Assembly: GCA_964016885.1 (NCBI GenBank)
Contig: OZ024741.1
Coordinates: 260,276,001-260,340,000, forward strand
DNA: 64,000 bases
DNA from: Eledone cirrhosa
Lineage: Eukaryota
Reading direction: 5' to 3'
This document shows, piece after piece, positions 14,201 to 24,685 of this stretch. Numbering within the stretch: position 1 is the first letter of the stretch; the number at the start of each line of letters is the position of its first letter. Under the pieces are notes generated by a model, which saw only the letters and a program-made list of their open reading frames with translations, had not been told where the DNA came from and did not search any database. Made by a program: the position numbers and the translations under genes.

Positions 14201-15353
14201 CCAGTGTTGTTGTAGTTGTTGCTGTTTTCTGTGTCAGTGCCAGTGTTGTTGTTGTTGCTGTTTTCTGTGTCAGTGCCAGTGTTGTTGTTGCTATTTTCAC
14301 TGTCAGTGCCAGTGTTGTTGCTGTTGCTGTTTTCTCTGTCAGTGCCAGTGATGTTGTAGTTGTTGCTGTTTTCTGTGTTAGTGCCAGTGTTGTTGTAGTT
14401 GTTGCTGTTTTCTGTGTCAGTGCCAGTGTTGTTGTAGTTGTTGCTGCTTTCTCTGTCAGTGCCAGTGTTGTTGTAGTTGTTGCTGTTTTCTGTGTCAGTG
14501 CCAGTGTTGTTGTTGTTGCTGTTTTCTCTGTCAGTGCCAGTGTTGTTGTAGTTGTTGCTGTTTTCTGTGTCAGTGCCACTGTTGTTGTTGCTGTTTTCTG
14601 TGTCAGTGCCAGTGTTGTTGTTGTTGCTGTTTTCTCTGTCAGTGCCAGTGTTGTTGTTGCTGTTTTCTCTGTCAGTGCCAGTGTTGTTGTTGTTGCTGTT
14701 TTCTGTGTCAGTGCCATTGTTATTACTGTTGTTGCTGTTTTCTGTGTCAGTGCCAGTGTTGTTGTTGCTGTTGTTGCTGTTTTCTGTGTCAGTGCCAGTG
14801 TTGTTGCTGTTGCTGTTTTCTCTGTCAATGCCGGTGTTGTTGTAGTTGTTGCTGTTTTCTCTGTCAGTGCCAGTGTTGTAGTTGTTGCTGTTTTCTGTGT
14901 CAGTGCCAGTGTTGTTGTTGTTGCTGTTTTCTCTGTCAGTGCCAGTGTTGTTGTAGTTGTTGCTGTTTTCTCTGCCAGTGCCAGTGTTGTTGTAGTTGTT
15001 GCTGTTTTCTGTGTCAGTACCGGTGTTGTTGTTGTTGCTGTTTTCTCTGTCAGTGCCAGTGTTGTTGTTGTTGCTGTTTTCTCTGTCAGTGCCAGTGTTG
15101 TTGTTGTTGCTGTTTTCTGTGTCAGTGCCAGTGTTGTTGTTGTTGCTGTTTTCTGTGTCAGTGCCAGTGTTGTTGTAGTTGTTGCTGTTTTCTGTGTCAG
15201 TGCCAGTGTTGTTTTAGTTGTTGCTGTTTTCTGTGTCAGTGCCAGTGTTGTTGTAGTTGTTGCTGTTTTCTCTGTCAGTGCCAGTGTTGTTGTAGTTGTT
15301 GCTGTTTTCTGTGTCAGTGCCAGTGTTGTTGTAGTTGTTGCTGTTTTCTCTGT
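1..15353. repeat. Satellite A: tandem array of a 33-39 bp unit GCTGTTTTCT(G/C)TGTCAGTGCCAGT(GTT)3-5, often with GTA or GCT replacing one GTT; open at the left window edge
   Basis: Directly visible: roughly 400 head-to-tail units. Unit length varies by whole GTT triplets or by loss of one GYCAGT hexamer. The last unit ends ...GCTGTTTTCTCTGT at ~15353. Confidence 0.98.
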
Positions 15354-15367
15354 GAGCAACAACAACA
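15330..15367. other. Fold-back (inverted repeat) terminating satellite A
   Basis: AGCAACAAC (15355-15363) is the reverse complement of GTTGTTGCT (15334-15342), with a 12-nt loop. The stem extends to 13 bp with one mismatch. Confidence 0.8.
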
Positions 15368-15480
15368 TTAGGCGATTTAGCGATCTCTCTCTATAATTCT
15401 TAGTCTTTCTCTTTTTAGATAGATACATACATATAACGTCGTGCCCTTATAATATCTGTCTGTATGTCTGGCTGTCTGCA

Positions 15481-15494
15481 TTACGTCACTTCCC
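15481..15494 (-). promoter_or_regulatory. Overlapping ETS/CRE-like motif (GGGAAGTGACGTAA on the minus strand)
   Basis: The + strand reads TTACGTCACTTCCC, matching the GGAAGTGACG composite ETS-CRE core. Motif match only. Confidence 0.25.
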
Positions 15495-15500
15495 TGAGGA

Positions 15501-15522
15501 TGTCTGTGTGTGTGTGTCTGTG
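15501..15522. repeat. Short compound (TG)n/TGTC microsatellite
   Basis: Sequence TGTCTGTGTGTGTGTGTCTGTG. Confidence 0.85.
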
Positions 15523-18500
15523 AGTTTGAATCCCTAAAATGCGAGAAGTACCCAACCGATTTTTTTCAAACTTTACATGTGTATTACTTATGTTTCAGGG
15601 AGGGTTTGTTATGCACATAAAATTCAACCTTTTGATCTGGTGTTTTGACTTACGAGTCTTTCGATACGAGTGTTTCGACTTACGAGTGTTCTGACTTACG
15701 AGTGTTCTGACTTACGAGCGTTCTGACTTACGAGTGTTCCGACTTACGAGTGTTTCGGCTTACGAGTGTTTCGACTTACGAGTGATCTGACTTACGAGTG
15801 TTTCGACTTACGAGCGTTCCGAATTACGAGTGTTTCGGCTTACGAGTGTTCCGACTTACGAATGTTTCGACTTACGAGTGTTTCGGCTTACGAGTGTTTC
15901 GACTTACGAGTGTTCTGACTTACGAGTGTTCCGACTTACGAGCGTTCCGACTTACGAGTGTTTCGACTTACGAGTGTTAAGACTTACGGGTGTTTTGACA
16001 TACGAGTGTTTCGATACGAGTGTTTCGACTTACGAGTGTTACGAGTGTTCTGACTTACGAGTGTTTCGACTTACGAGTGTTCTGACCTACGAGTGTTCTG
16101 ACTTACGAGTGTTTCGACTAACGCGTGTTTTGACTTACGGATGTTTCGACTTACGAGTGTTTCGACTTACGAGTATTTCGAGTTACGAGTGTTTCGACTT
16201 ACGAGTGTTTTGACTTACGAATGTTCTGACTTACGGGTGTTTCGGCTTACGAGTGTTTCGACTAACGAGTGTTTTAACTTACGGGTGTTTCGACTTACAC
16301 GTGTTTCAACTTGCGAGTGTTTCGACTTACGAGTATTTCGACTTACGAGTGTTTCGACTTACGAGTGTTCTGACTTACGGGTGTTCCGACTTACGAGTGT
16401 TTCGGCTTACGATTATTTTGACTTGCGATTGTTTGGCTTACGAATGTTTCGACTTACGAGTGTTTCGACTTACGAGTGTTTTGACTTACGGTGTTTCGGC
16501 TTACGAGTGTTTCGACTTTCGAGTGTTTTGACTTACGGGTGTTTTGACATACGAGTGTTTCGATACGAGTGTTCTGACTTACGAGTGTTCTGACTTACGA
16601 GTGTTCTGACTTACGGGTGTTCTGACTTACGAGTGTTCCGACTTACGAGTGTTTCGGCTTATAAGGGTTTCGACTTACGAGTGCTTCGGCTTACGAGTGT
16701 TTCGACTTACGAGTGTTTCGGCTTACGAGTGTTTCGACTTACGAATGTTTTGGCTTACGAGTGTTTCGGCTTACGAGTGTTTCGACTTACGAGTGTTTCG
16801 TCTTACGAGTGTTTTGACTTACGGTGTTTCGGCTTACGAGTGTTTCGACTTACGAGTGTTTCGACTTACGAGTGTTTTGACTTACGAGTGTTTTGAATAA
16901 CGGTGTTTCTGCTTACGAGTGTTTCGACTTACGAGTCTTATGACTTACGGGTGATTTGACATACGAGTTTTTCGATACGAGTGTTTCGACTTACGAGTGT
17001 TTCGACTTACGAGTGTTTTTACTTACGAATGTTCTGAGTTACGGGTGTTTCGGCTTACGAGTGTTTCGACTTACGAGTGTTTTAACTTACGGGTGTTTCT
17101 ACTTACGCGTGTTTCGACTTGCAAGTGTTTCGACTTACGAGTGTTTCGACTTGCAAGTGTTTCGACTTATGAGTGTTTCGACTACAAATGTTCCGACTTA
17201 CGAGTGTTTCGACTTACGAGTGTTTCGACTTACTAATGTTCTTACTTACGAGTGTTTCGGCGTACGAGTGTTTCGACTTACTAATGTTCTTACTTACGAG
17301 TGTTTCGGCGTACGAGAGTTTTGACTTACGAGTGTTTCGACTTACGAGTGTTTCGACTTACAAGTGTTTTGACTTACGAATGTTTTGACTTACGGGTGTT
17401 TCGGCTTACGAGTGTTTCGATTTACGAGTCTTTCGGCTTACGAGTGTTTCGACTTACTAATGTTTTTACTTACGAGTGTTTCGATTTACGAGTCTTTCGA
17501 CTTACGAGTGTTTCGACTTACAAGTGTTTTGACTTACGAGTGTTCTGATTTACGGATGTTTCGACATACGAGTGTTTCGACTTACGAGTGTTTCGACTTA
17601 TGAGTGTTTCGACTTACGAGTGTTTCGACTTACGAGTGTTTCGGCTTATGAGTGTTTCGACTTACGAGTGTTTTGTCTTACGGTGTTTCGGCTTACGAGT
17701 GTTTCGACTTACGAGTGTTTTGACTTACGGGTGTTTTGACATACGAGTGTTTCGATACGAGTGTTCTGACTTACGAGTGTTCTGACTTACGAGTGTTTTG
17801 ACTCACGAGTGTTCTGACTTACGAGTGTTCCGACTTACGAGTGTTCCGACTTACGAGTGTTTCGGCTTACGAGTGTTTCCGGCTTACGAGTGTTTCGACT
17901 TACGAGTGTTTTGACTTACGGTGTTTCGGCTTACGAGTAATTCGACTTACGAGAGTTTTGACTTACGGGTGTTTTGACTTACGGGTGTTGTGAATTACGA
18001 GTGTTCCGATTTACGAGTGTTTTGACTTACGGTGTTTCGGCTTACGAGTGATTCGACTTACGAATGTTTTGACTTACGGGTGTTTCGGCTTGCGAGTGTT
18101 TCGACTTACGAGTGTTTCGGCTTATGAGTGTTTCGACTTACTAATGTTTTTACTTACGAGTGTTTCGGCGTACGAGTGTTTTGACTTACGAGTGTTTCGA
18201 TTTACGAGTGTTTCGGCTTGCGAGTGTTTCGACTTACTAATGTTTTTACTTACGAGTGTTTCGGCGTACGAGTGTTTTGACTCACGAGTGTTTTGACTTA
18301 AAGGTGTTTCGGCTTACGTGAGTTTCGACTTAAGAGTTTTCTGATTTACGAGTGTTCTGACTTGCGGGTGTTCTGATTTACGAGTGTTCCGACTTACGAG
18401 TGTTTCGGCTTATGAGTGTTTCGACTTACGAGTGTTTCGGCTTACGAGTGTTTCGACTTATGGGTGTTTCGACTTACGAGTGTTTTTACTTACGGTGTTT

Positions 18501-19433
18501 CGGCTTACGAGTGTTTCGACATACGAGTGTTTTGACTTACGGGTGTTTCGACTTACGAGTGTTTTGAATTACGAATGTTTTGACTTACGGGTGTTTCGGC
18601 TTACGAGTGTTTCGACTTACGAGTGTTTCGGCTTACGAGTGTTTCGATTTACTAATGTTCTAACTTACGAGTGTTTCGGCGTACGAGAGTTTTGACTTAC
18701 GAGTGTTTCGACTTACGAGTGTTTCGACTTACGAGTGTTTTGACTTACGAATGTTTTGACTTGCGGGTGTTTCGGCTTACGAGTGTTTCGACTTACGAGT
18801 CTTTCGGCTTACGAGTGTTTCGACTTACTAATGTTTTTACTTACGAGTGTTTCGGCGTACGAGTGTTTCGACTTACGAGTGTTTCGACTTACGGGTGTTT
18901 TGAATTACGGGTATTTCGGCTTACGAGTGTTTTGACTTACGAGTGTTTTGACTTAAGGGTGTTTCGACTTACGAGTGTTTCGACTTACGAGTGTTTCGGC
19001 TTACGAGTGTTTTGACTTAAGGAGGTTTCGACTTACGAGTGTTTCGATACGAGTGTTTCGACTTACGAGTGTTCTGACTTACGAGTGTTCTGATTTACGG
19101 ATGTTTCAACATACGAGTGTTTCGACTTACGAGTGTTTCGACTTACGAGTGTTTCCATACGAGTGTTTCGACTTACGAATGTTCTAACTTACGAGTGTTC
19201 TGACTTACGAGTGTTCTGACTTACGAGTGTTCTGACTTACGAGTGTTCTGTCTTACGAGTGTTCCGACTTACGAGTGTTCCGACTTACGAGTGTTTCGGC
19301 TTACGAGTGTTTCGGCTTACGAGTGTTTCGACTTACGAGTGTTTCGACTTATGAGTGTTCCGACTTACGGGTGTTTCGACTTACGAGTGTTTTGGCTTAC
19401 GGTGTTTCGGCTCACGAGTGTTTCGACTTACGA

Positions 19434-19502
19434 AAATAACAAATAGACGCGGTTTCAAATCTCTATGCTTTTCAAATTCATTACATTAATCTTTATTTAT
19501 AC
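19434..19502 (+). repeat. First copy of the 69-bp insert (allele A)
   Basis: Read directly; it replaces the GT of a monomer between TACGA and GTTTCG. Confidence 0.95.
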
Positions 19503-22500
19503 GTTTCGCTTTACGAGTGTTTCGACTTACGAGTCTTTCGACATACGAGTGTTTCAGCTTACGAGTGTTTTGATTTACGAGTGATTTGACTTACGGGTGT
19601 TTCGACTTACGCGTGTTTCGACTTACGAGTGTTTCGGCTATGAGTGTTTTGACTTACGGGTGTTTCGACTTACGGGTGTTTCGACTTACGAGTGTTTCGG
19701 CTTATGAGTGTTTCGACTTACGGGTGTTTTGACTTACGGGTGTTTTGACATACGAGTGTTTCGATACGAGTGTTCTGACTTACGAGTGTTCTGACTTACG
19801 AGTGTTCTCACTTACGGGTGTTCTGACTTACGGGTGTTTCGACTTACGAGTGTTTCGACTTACGAGTGTATCGGCTTACGAGTGTTTCGACTTACTAATG
19901 TTTTTACTTACGAGTGTTTCGGTGTACGAGTGTTTCGACTTAAGGATGTTTCGACTTACGAGTGTTTCGACTTCCGAGTTTTCCGACTTACGAGTGTTCC
20001 GACTTACGAGTGTTTCGGCTTACGAGTGTTTCGGATTACGAGTGTTTCGGCTTACGAGTGTTTTGACTTACGAGTGTTCTGACTACGAGTGTTCTGACTT
20101 ACGGGTGTTCTGACTTACGAGTGTTCCGACTTACGAGTGTTTCGGCTTATGAGTTTTTCGACTTACGGGCGTTTCGACTTACGGGTGTTTCGACTTACGA
20201 ATGTTTTGGCTTACGAGTGTTCTGACTTACGAGTTTTCCGACTTACGTCTGTTTCGACTTACGAGTGTTTTGACTTACGAGTGTTCCGACTTACGAGTGT
20301 TTCGGCTTACGGGTGTTTCGACGTACGAGTATTTTTGGCTTACGAGTGTTTCGACTTACGAGTGTTTTGAATTACGATTGTTTCGGCTTACGAGTGTTTC
20401 AACTTACGAGTATTTCGAATTACGAGTTTTTTTACTTACGGTGTTTCGGCTTACGAGTGTTTCGACTTACGAGTGTTTTGACTTACGGGTGTTTTGACAT
20501 ACGAGTGTTTCGATACGAGTGCTCTGACTTACGAGTGTTCTGACTTACGAGTGTTCTGACTTACGAGTGTTCTGACTTACGGGTGTTCTGACTTACGTGT
20601 GTTCCGACTTACGAGTGTTTCGGTTATGGGTGTTTCGACTTACGAGTGTTTCGACTTACGAATGTTTTGGCTTACGAGTGTTTCGGCTTACGAATGTTTC
20701 GACTTACGAATGTTTTGGCTTGCGAGTGTTTCGGCTTACGGGTGTTTCGACTTACGAGTGTTTCGACTTACGAGTGTTTTGACTTACGGTGTTTCGGCTT
20801 ACGATTTATTCGACATACGAGTGTTTCGACTTACGGGTGTTTCGACTTACGGGTGTTTCGACTTACGAGTGTTTCGACTTATGAGTGTTTCGACTTACGA
20901 GTGTTCTGACTTACGAGTGTTCTGACTTACGAGTGTTTCGGTTTACGAGTGTTTCGACATACGAGTGTTTTGACTTACGGGTGTTTCGACTTACGGGTGT
21001 TTCGACTTACGAGTGTTTCGGCTTACGAGTGTTTCGACTTACTAATGTTTTTACTTACGAGTGTTTCGGTGTACGAGTGTTTCGACTTAATGATGTTTCG
21101 ACTTGCGAGTGTTTCGACTTACGTGTGTTTCGGCTTACGTGAGTTTCGACTTAAGAGTGTTCTGATTTACGAGTGTTCTGACTTGCGGGTGTTCTGATTT
21201 ACGAGTGTTCCGACTTACGAGTGTTTCGGCTTATGAGTGTTTCGACTTACGAGTGTTTCGACTTACGAGTGTTTTTACTTACGGTGTTTCGGCTTACGAG
21301 TGTTTCGACATACGAGTGTTCAGACTTACGAGTGTTCCGACTTACGAGCGTTCCGACTTACGAGTGTTTCGACTTACGAGTGTTAAGACTTACGGGTGTT
21401 TTGACATACGAGTGTTTCGATACGAGTGTTTCGACTTACGAGTGTTACGAGTGTTCTGACTTACGAGTGTTCTGACTTACGAGTGTTCTGACTTACGAGT
21501 GTTCTGACTTACGAGCGTTCTGACTTACGAGTGTTCCGACTTACGAGTGTTTCGGCTTACGGGTGTTTTGACATACGAGTGTTTCGATACAAAGTGTTTC
21601 GACTTACGAGTGTTACGAGTGTTCTGACTTACGAGTGTTTCGACTTACGAGTGTTCTGACCTACAAGTGTTCTGACTTACGAGTGTTTCGACTTACGATT
21701 GTTTTTTTCACTTACGGGTGTTTCGACTTACGCGTGTTTCGATTTACGAGTGTTTAGACTTACGAGTGTTTCGACTACGAATGTTCCGACTTACGAGTGT
21801 TTCGACTTACGAGTGTTTCGACTTACGGGTGTTCCGACTTACGAGTGTTTCGGCTTACGATTGTTTCGACTTACGAGTGTTTCGGTTTACGAGTGTTTCG
21901 ACTTACGGGTGTTTTGACTTACGATTGTTTGGGCTTACGAATGTTTCGACTTACGAGTGTTTCAACTTACGAGTGTTTTGATTTACGGTGTTTCGGCTTA
22001 CGAGTGTTTTGACTTACGAGTGTTTTGACTTACGGGTGTTTTGACATACGAGTGTTTCGATACGAGTGTTCTGACTTACGAGTGTTCTGACTTACGAGTG
22101 TTCTGACTTACGAGTGTTCTGACTTACGAGTGGTCTGACTTACGGGTGTTCTGACTTACGAGTGTTCCGACTTACGAGTGTTTCAGCTTATGAGTGTTTC
22201 GACTTACGAGTGCTTCGGTTTACGAGTGTTTCGACTTACGAATTTTTCGGCTTACGAGTGTTTCGACTTACGAATGTTTTGGCTTACGAGTGTTTCGGCT
22301 TACGAGTGTTTCGGCTTATGAGTGTTTCGACTTACGAGTGTTTTGACTTATGGTGTTTCGGCTTACGAGTGTTTCGACATACGAGTGTTTTGACTTACGG
22401 GTGTTTCGACTTACGGGTGTTTCGACGTAAGAGTGTTTCGACTTACGAGCGCTTCGAGATACGAGTGTTTCGACTTACGAGTGTTTCGGCGTACGAGTGT

Positions 22501-24609
22501 TTTGACTTACGAGTGTTTCGACTTACGAGTGCTTTGACTTACGAATGTTTTGAATTACTTCGACTTACGAGTGATCTGACTTACGAGTGTTCCTACTTAC
22601 GAGTGTTTCGACTTACGAGTGTTTCGACTTGCGAGTGTTTCGACTTACGAGTGTTTCGACTTACGAGTGTTCTGACTTACGAGTGTTCTGACTTACGAGT
22701 GTTCTGACTTACGAGTGTTCCGACTTACGAGTGTTTCGACTTACGAGTGTTTTGACTTACGAATGTTCTGACTTACGGGTGTTTCGGCTTACGAGTGTTT
22801 CGACTTACGAGTGTTTTAGCTTACGGGTGTTTCGACTTACACGTGTTTCGGCTTGCGAGTGTTTCGACTTACGAGTATTTCGACTTACGAGTGTTTCGAC
22901 TTACGAGTGTTCTGACTTACGGGTGTTCCGACTTACGAGTGTTTCGGCTTACGATTATTTTAACTTGCGATTGTTTGGCTTACGAATGTTTCGACTTACG
23001 AGTGTTTCGACTTACGAGTGTTTTGACTTACGGTGTTTCGGCTTACGAGTGTTTCGACTTACGAGTGTTTTGACTTACGGGTGTTTTGACATACGAGTGT
23101 TTCGATACGAGTGTTCTGACATACGAGTGTTCTGACTTACGTGTTCCGACTTACGAGTGTTTCGGCTTATGAGGGTTTCGACTTACGAGTGCTTCGGCTT
23201 ACGAGTGTTTCGACTTACGAGTGTTTCGGCTTACGAGTGTTTCGACTTACGAATGTTTTGGCTTACGAGTGTTTCGGCTTACGAGTGTTTCGACTTACGA
23301 GTGTTTCGTCTTACGAGTGTTTTGACTTACGGTGTTTCGGCTTACGAGTGTTTCGACATACGAGTGTTTTGACGTACGGGTGTTTCGACTTACGGGTGTT
23401 TCGACTTAAGAGTGTTTCGACTTACGAGCGCTTCGACTTACGAGTGTTTCGACTTACGAGTGTTTCGGCGTACGAGTGTTTCGACTTACGAGTGTTTCGA
23501 CTTACGAGTGTTTCGACTTACGAGTGTTTCGACTTACGAGTGTTTTGACTTACGAGTGTTTTGACTAACGGTGTTTCTGCTTACGAGTGTTTCGACTTAC
23601 GAGCGTTGACTTACGGGTGTTTTGACATACGAGTATTTCGATACGAGTGTTTCGACTTACGAGTGTTACGAGTGTTCTGACTTACGAGTGTTTCGACTTA
23701 CGAGTGTTCTGACTTACGAGTGTTTCGACTTACGAGTGTTCTGACCTACGAGTGTTCTGACTTACGAGTGTTTCGACATACGAGTGTTTTGACTTACGGG
23801 TGTTTCGACTTACGAGTGTTTCGAGTTACGAGTGTTTCGAGTTACGAGTGTTTCGACTTACGAGTGTTTTTACTTACGAATGTTCTGAGTTACGGGTGTT
23901 TCGGCTTACGAGTGTTTCGACTTACGAGTGTTTTTACTTACGAATGTTCTGAGTTACGGGTGTTTCGGCTTACGAGTGTTTCGACTTACGAGTGTTTTAA
24001 CTTACGGCTGTTTCTACTTACGCGTGTTTCGACTTGCAAGTGTTTCGACTTACGAGTGTTTCGACTTGCAAGTGTTTCGATTACGAGTGTTTCGACTACA
24101 AATGTTCCGACTTACGAGTGTTTCGACTTAGGAGTGTTTCGACTTACGAGTGTTCTGACTTACGGGTGTTCCGACTTACGAGTGTTTCGATACGAGTGTT
24201 CTGTCTTACGAGTGTTCTGACTTACGAGTGTTCTGACTTACGAGTGTTCTGACTTACGGGTGTTCTGACTTACGAGTGTTCCGACTTACGAGTGTTTCGG
24301 CTTATGAGGGTTTCGACTTACGAGTGCTTCGGCTTACGAGTGTTTCGACCTACGAGTGTTTCGGCTTACGAGTGTTTTGACTTACGAATGTTTTGGCTTA
24401 CGAGTGTTTCGGCTTACGAGTGTTTCGAATTACGAGTGTTTCGACTTACGAGTGTTTTGACTTACGGTGTTTCGGCTTACGAGTGATCGACTTACGAGTG
24501 TTTTAACTTACGGGTGTTTCGACTTACGCGTGTTTCGACTTACGAATGTTCCGACTTACGAGTGTTTCGACTTACGAGTGTTTCGGCTTACGAGTGTTTC
24601 GACTTACGA

Positions 24610-24685
24610 AAATAACAAGTAGACGCGGTTTCAAATATCTTTTGAAAATGCTTTTCAAATTCATTACATTAATCTTTATTTATAC
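24610..24685 (+). repeat. 76-bp insert variant carrying an extra TTTGAAA (second copy at 32449..32524)
   Basis: Reads ...TTTCAAATATCT[TTTGAAA]ATGCTTTTCAAA... versus ...TTTCAAATATCTATGCTTTTCAAA in the other G-allele copies. Confidence 0.93.

Larger units (their letters stand above)
15384..15639 (+). mobile_element. Probable 5' fragment of a non-autonomous Helitron/Helentron-type (HINE, DINE-1/Lep1-like) element
   Basis: Begins A|TCTCTCTCTATAAT (Helitrons start with TC after a target A). TGTC/TG microsatellite blocks follow (15456-15478, 15501-15522), then AAGTACCCAACCGATTTTTTTCAAACTTTACATG. This resembles the microsatellite plus 'AACCGATTTT...AAA(C/T)TT' block I recall from invertebrate non-autonomous rolling-circle elements. 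Recognised from memory; no 3' hairpin/CTRR end seen. Confidence 0.5.

Noticed and set aside
159-15178. Long + strand poly-Val, Leu-rich and Cys-rich ORFs
   Set aside because: They are translations of (GTT)n-based units, open in several frames at once, with implausible composition and mostly non-ATG starts.
15368-15373. TTAGG/TTAGGC telomere-like motif at the end of array A
   Set aside because: A single copy, expected by chance; there is no tandem telomeric tract.
19434-19502. Insert as a tRNA, snRNA or independently mobile MITE
   Set aside because: No cloverleaf or A/B boxes, no convincing terminal inverted repeats or target-site duplication, and identical flanks in all copies.
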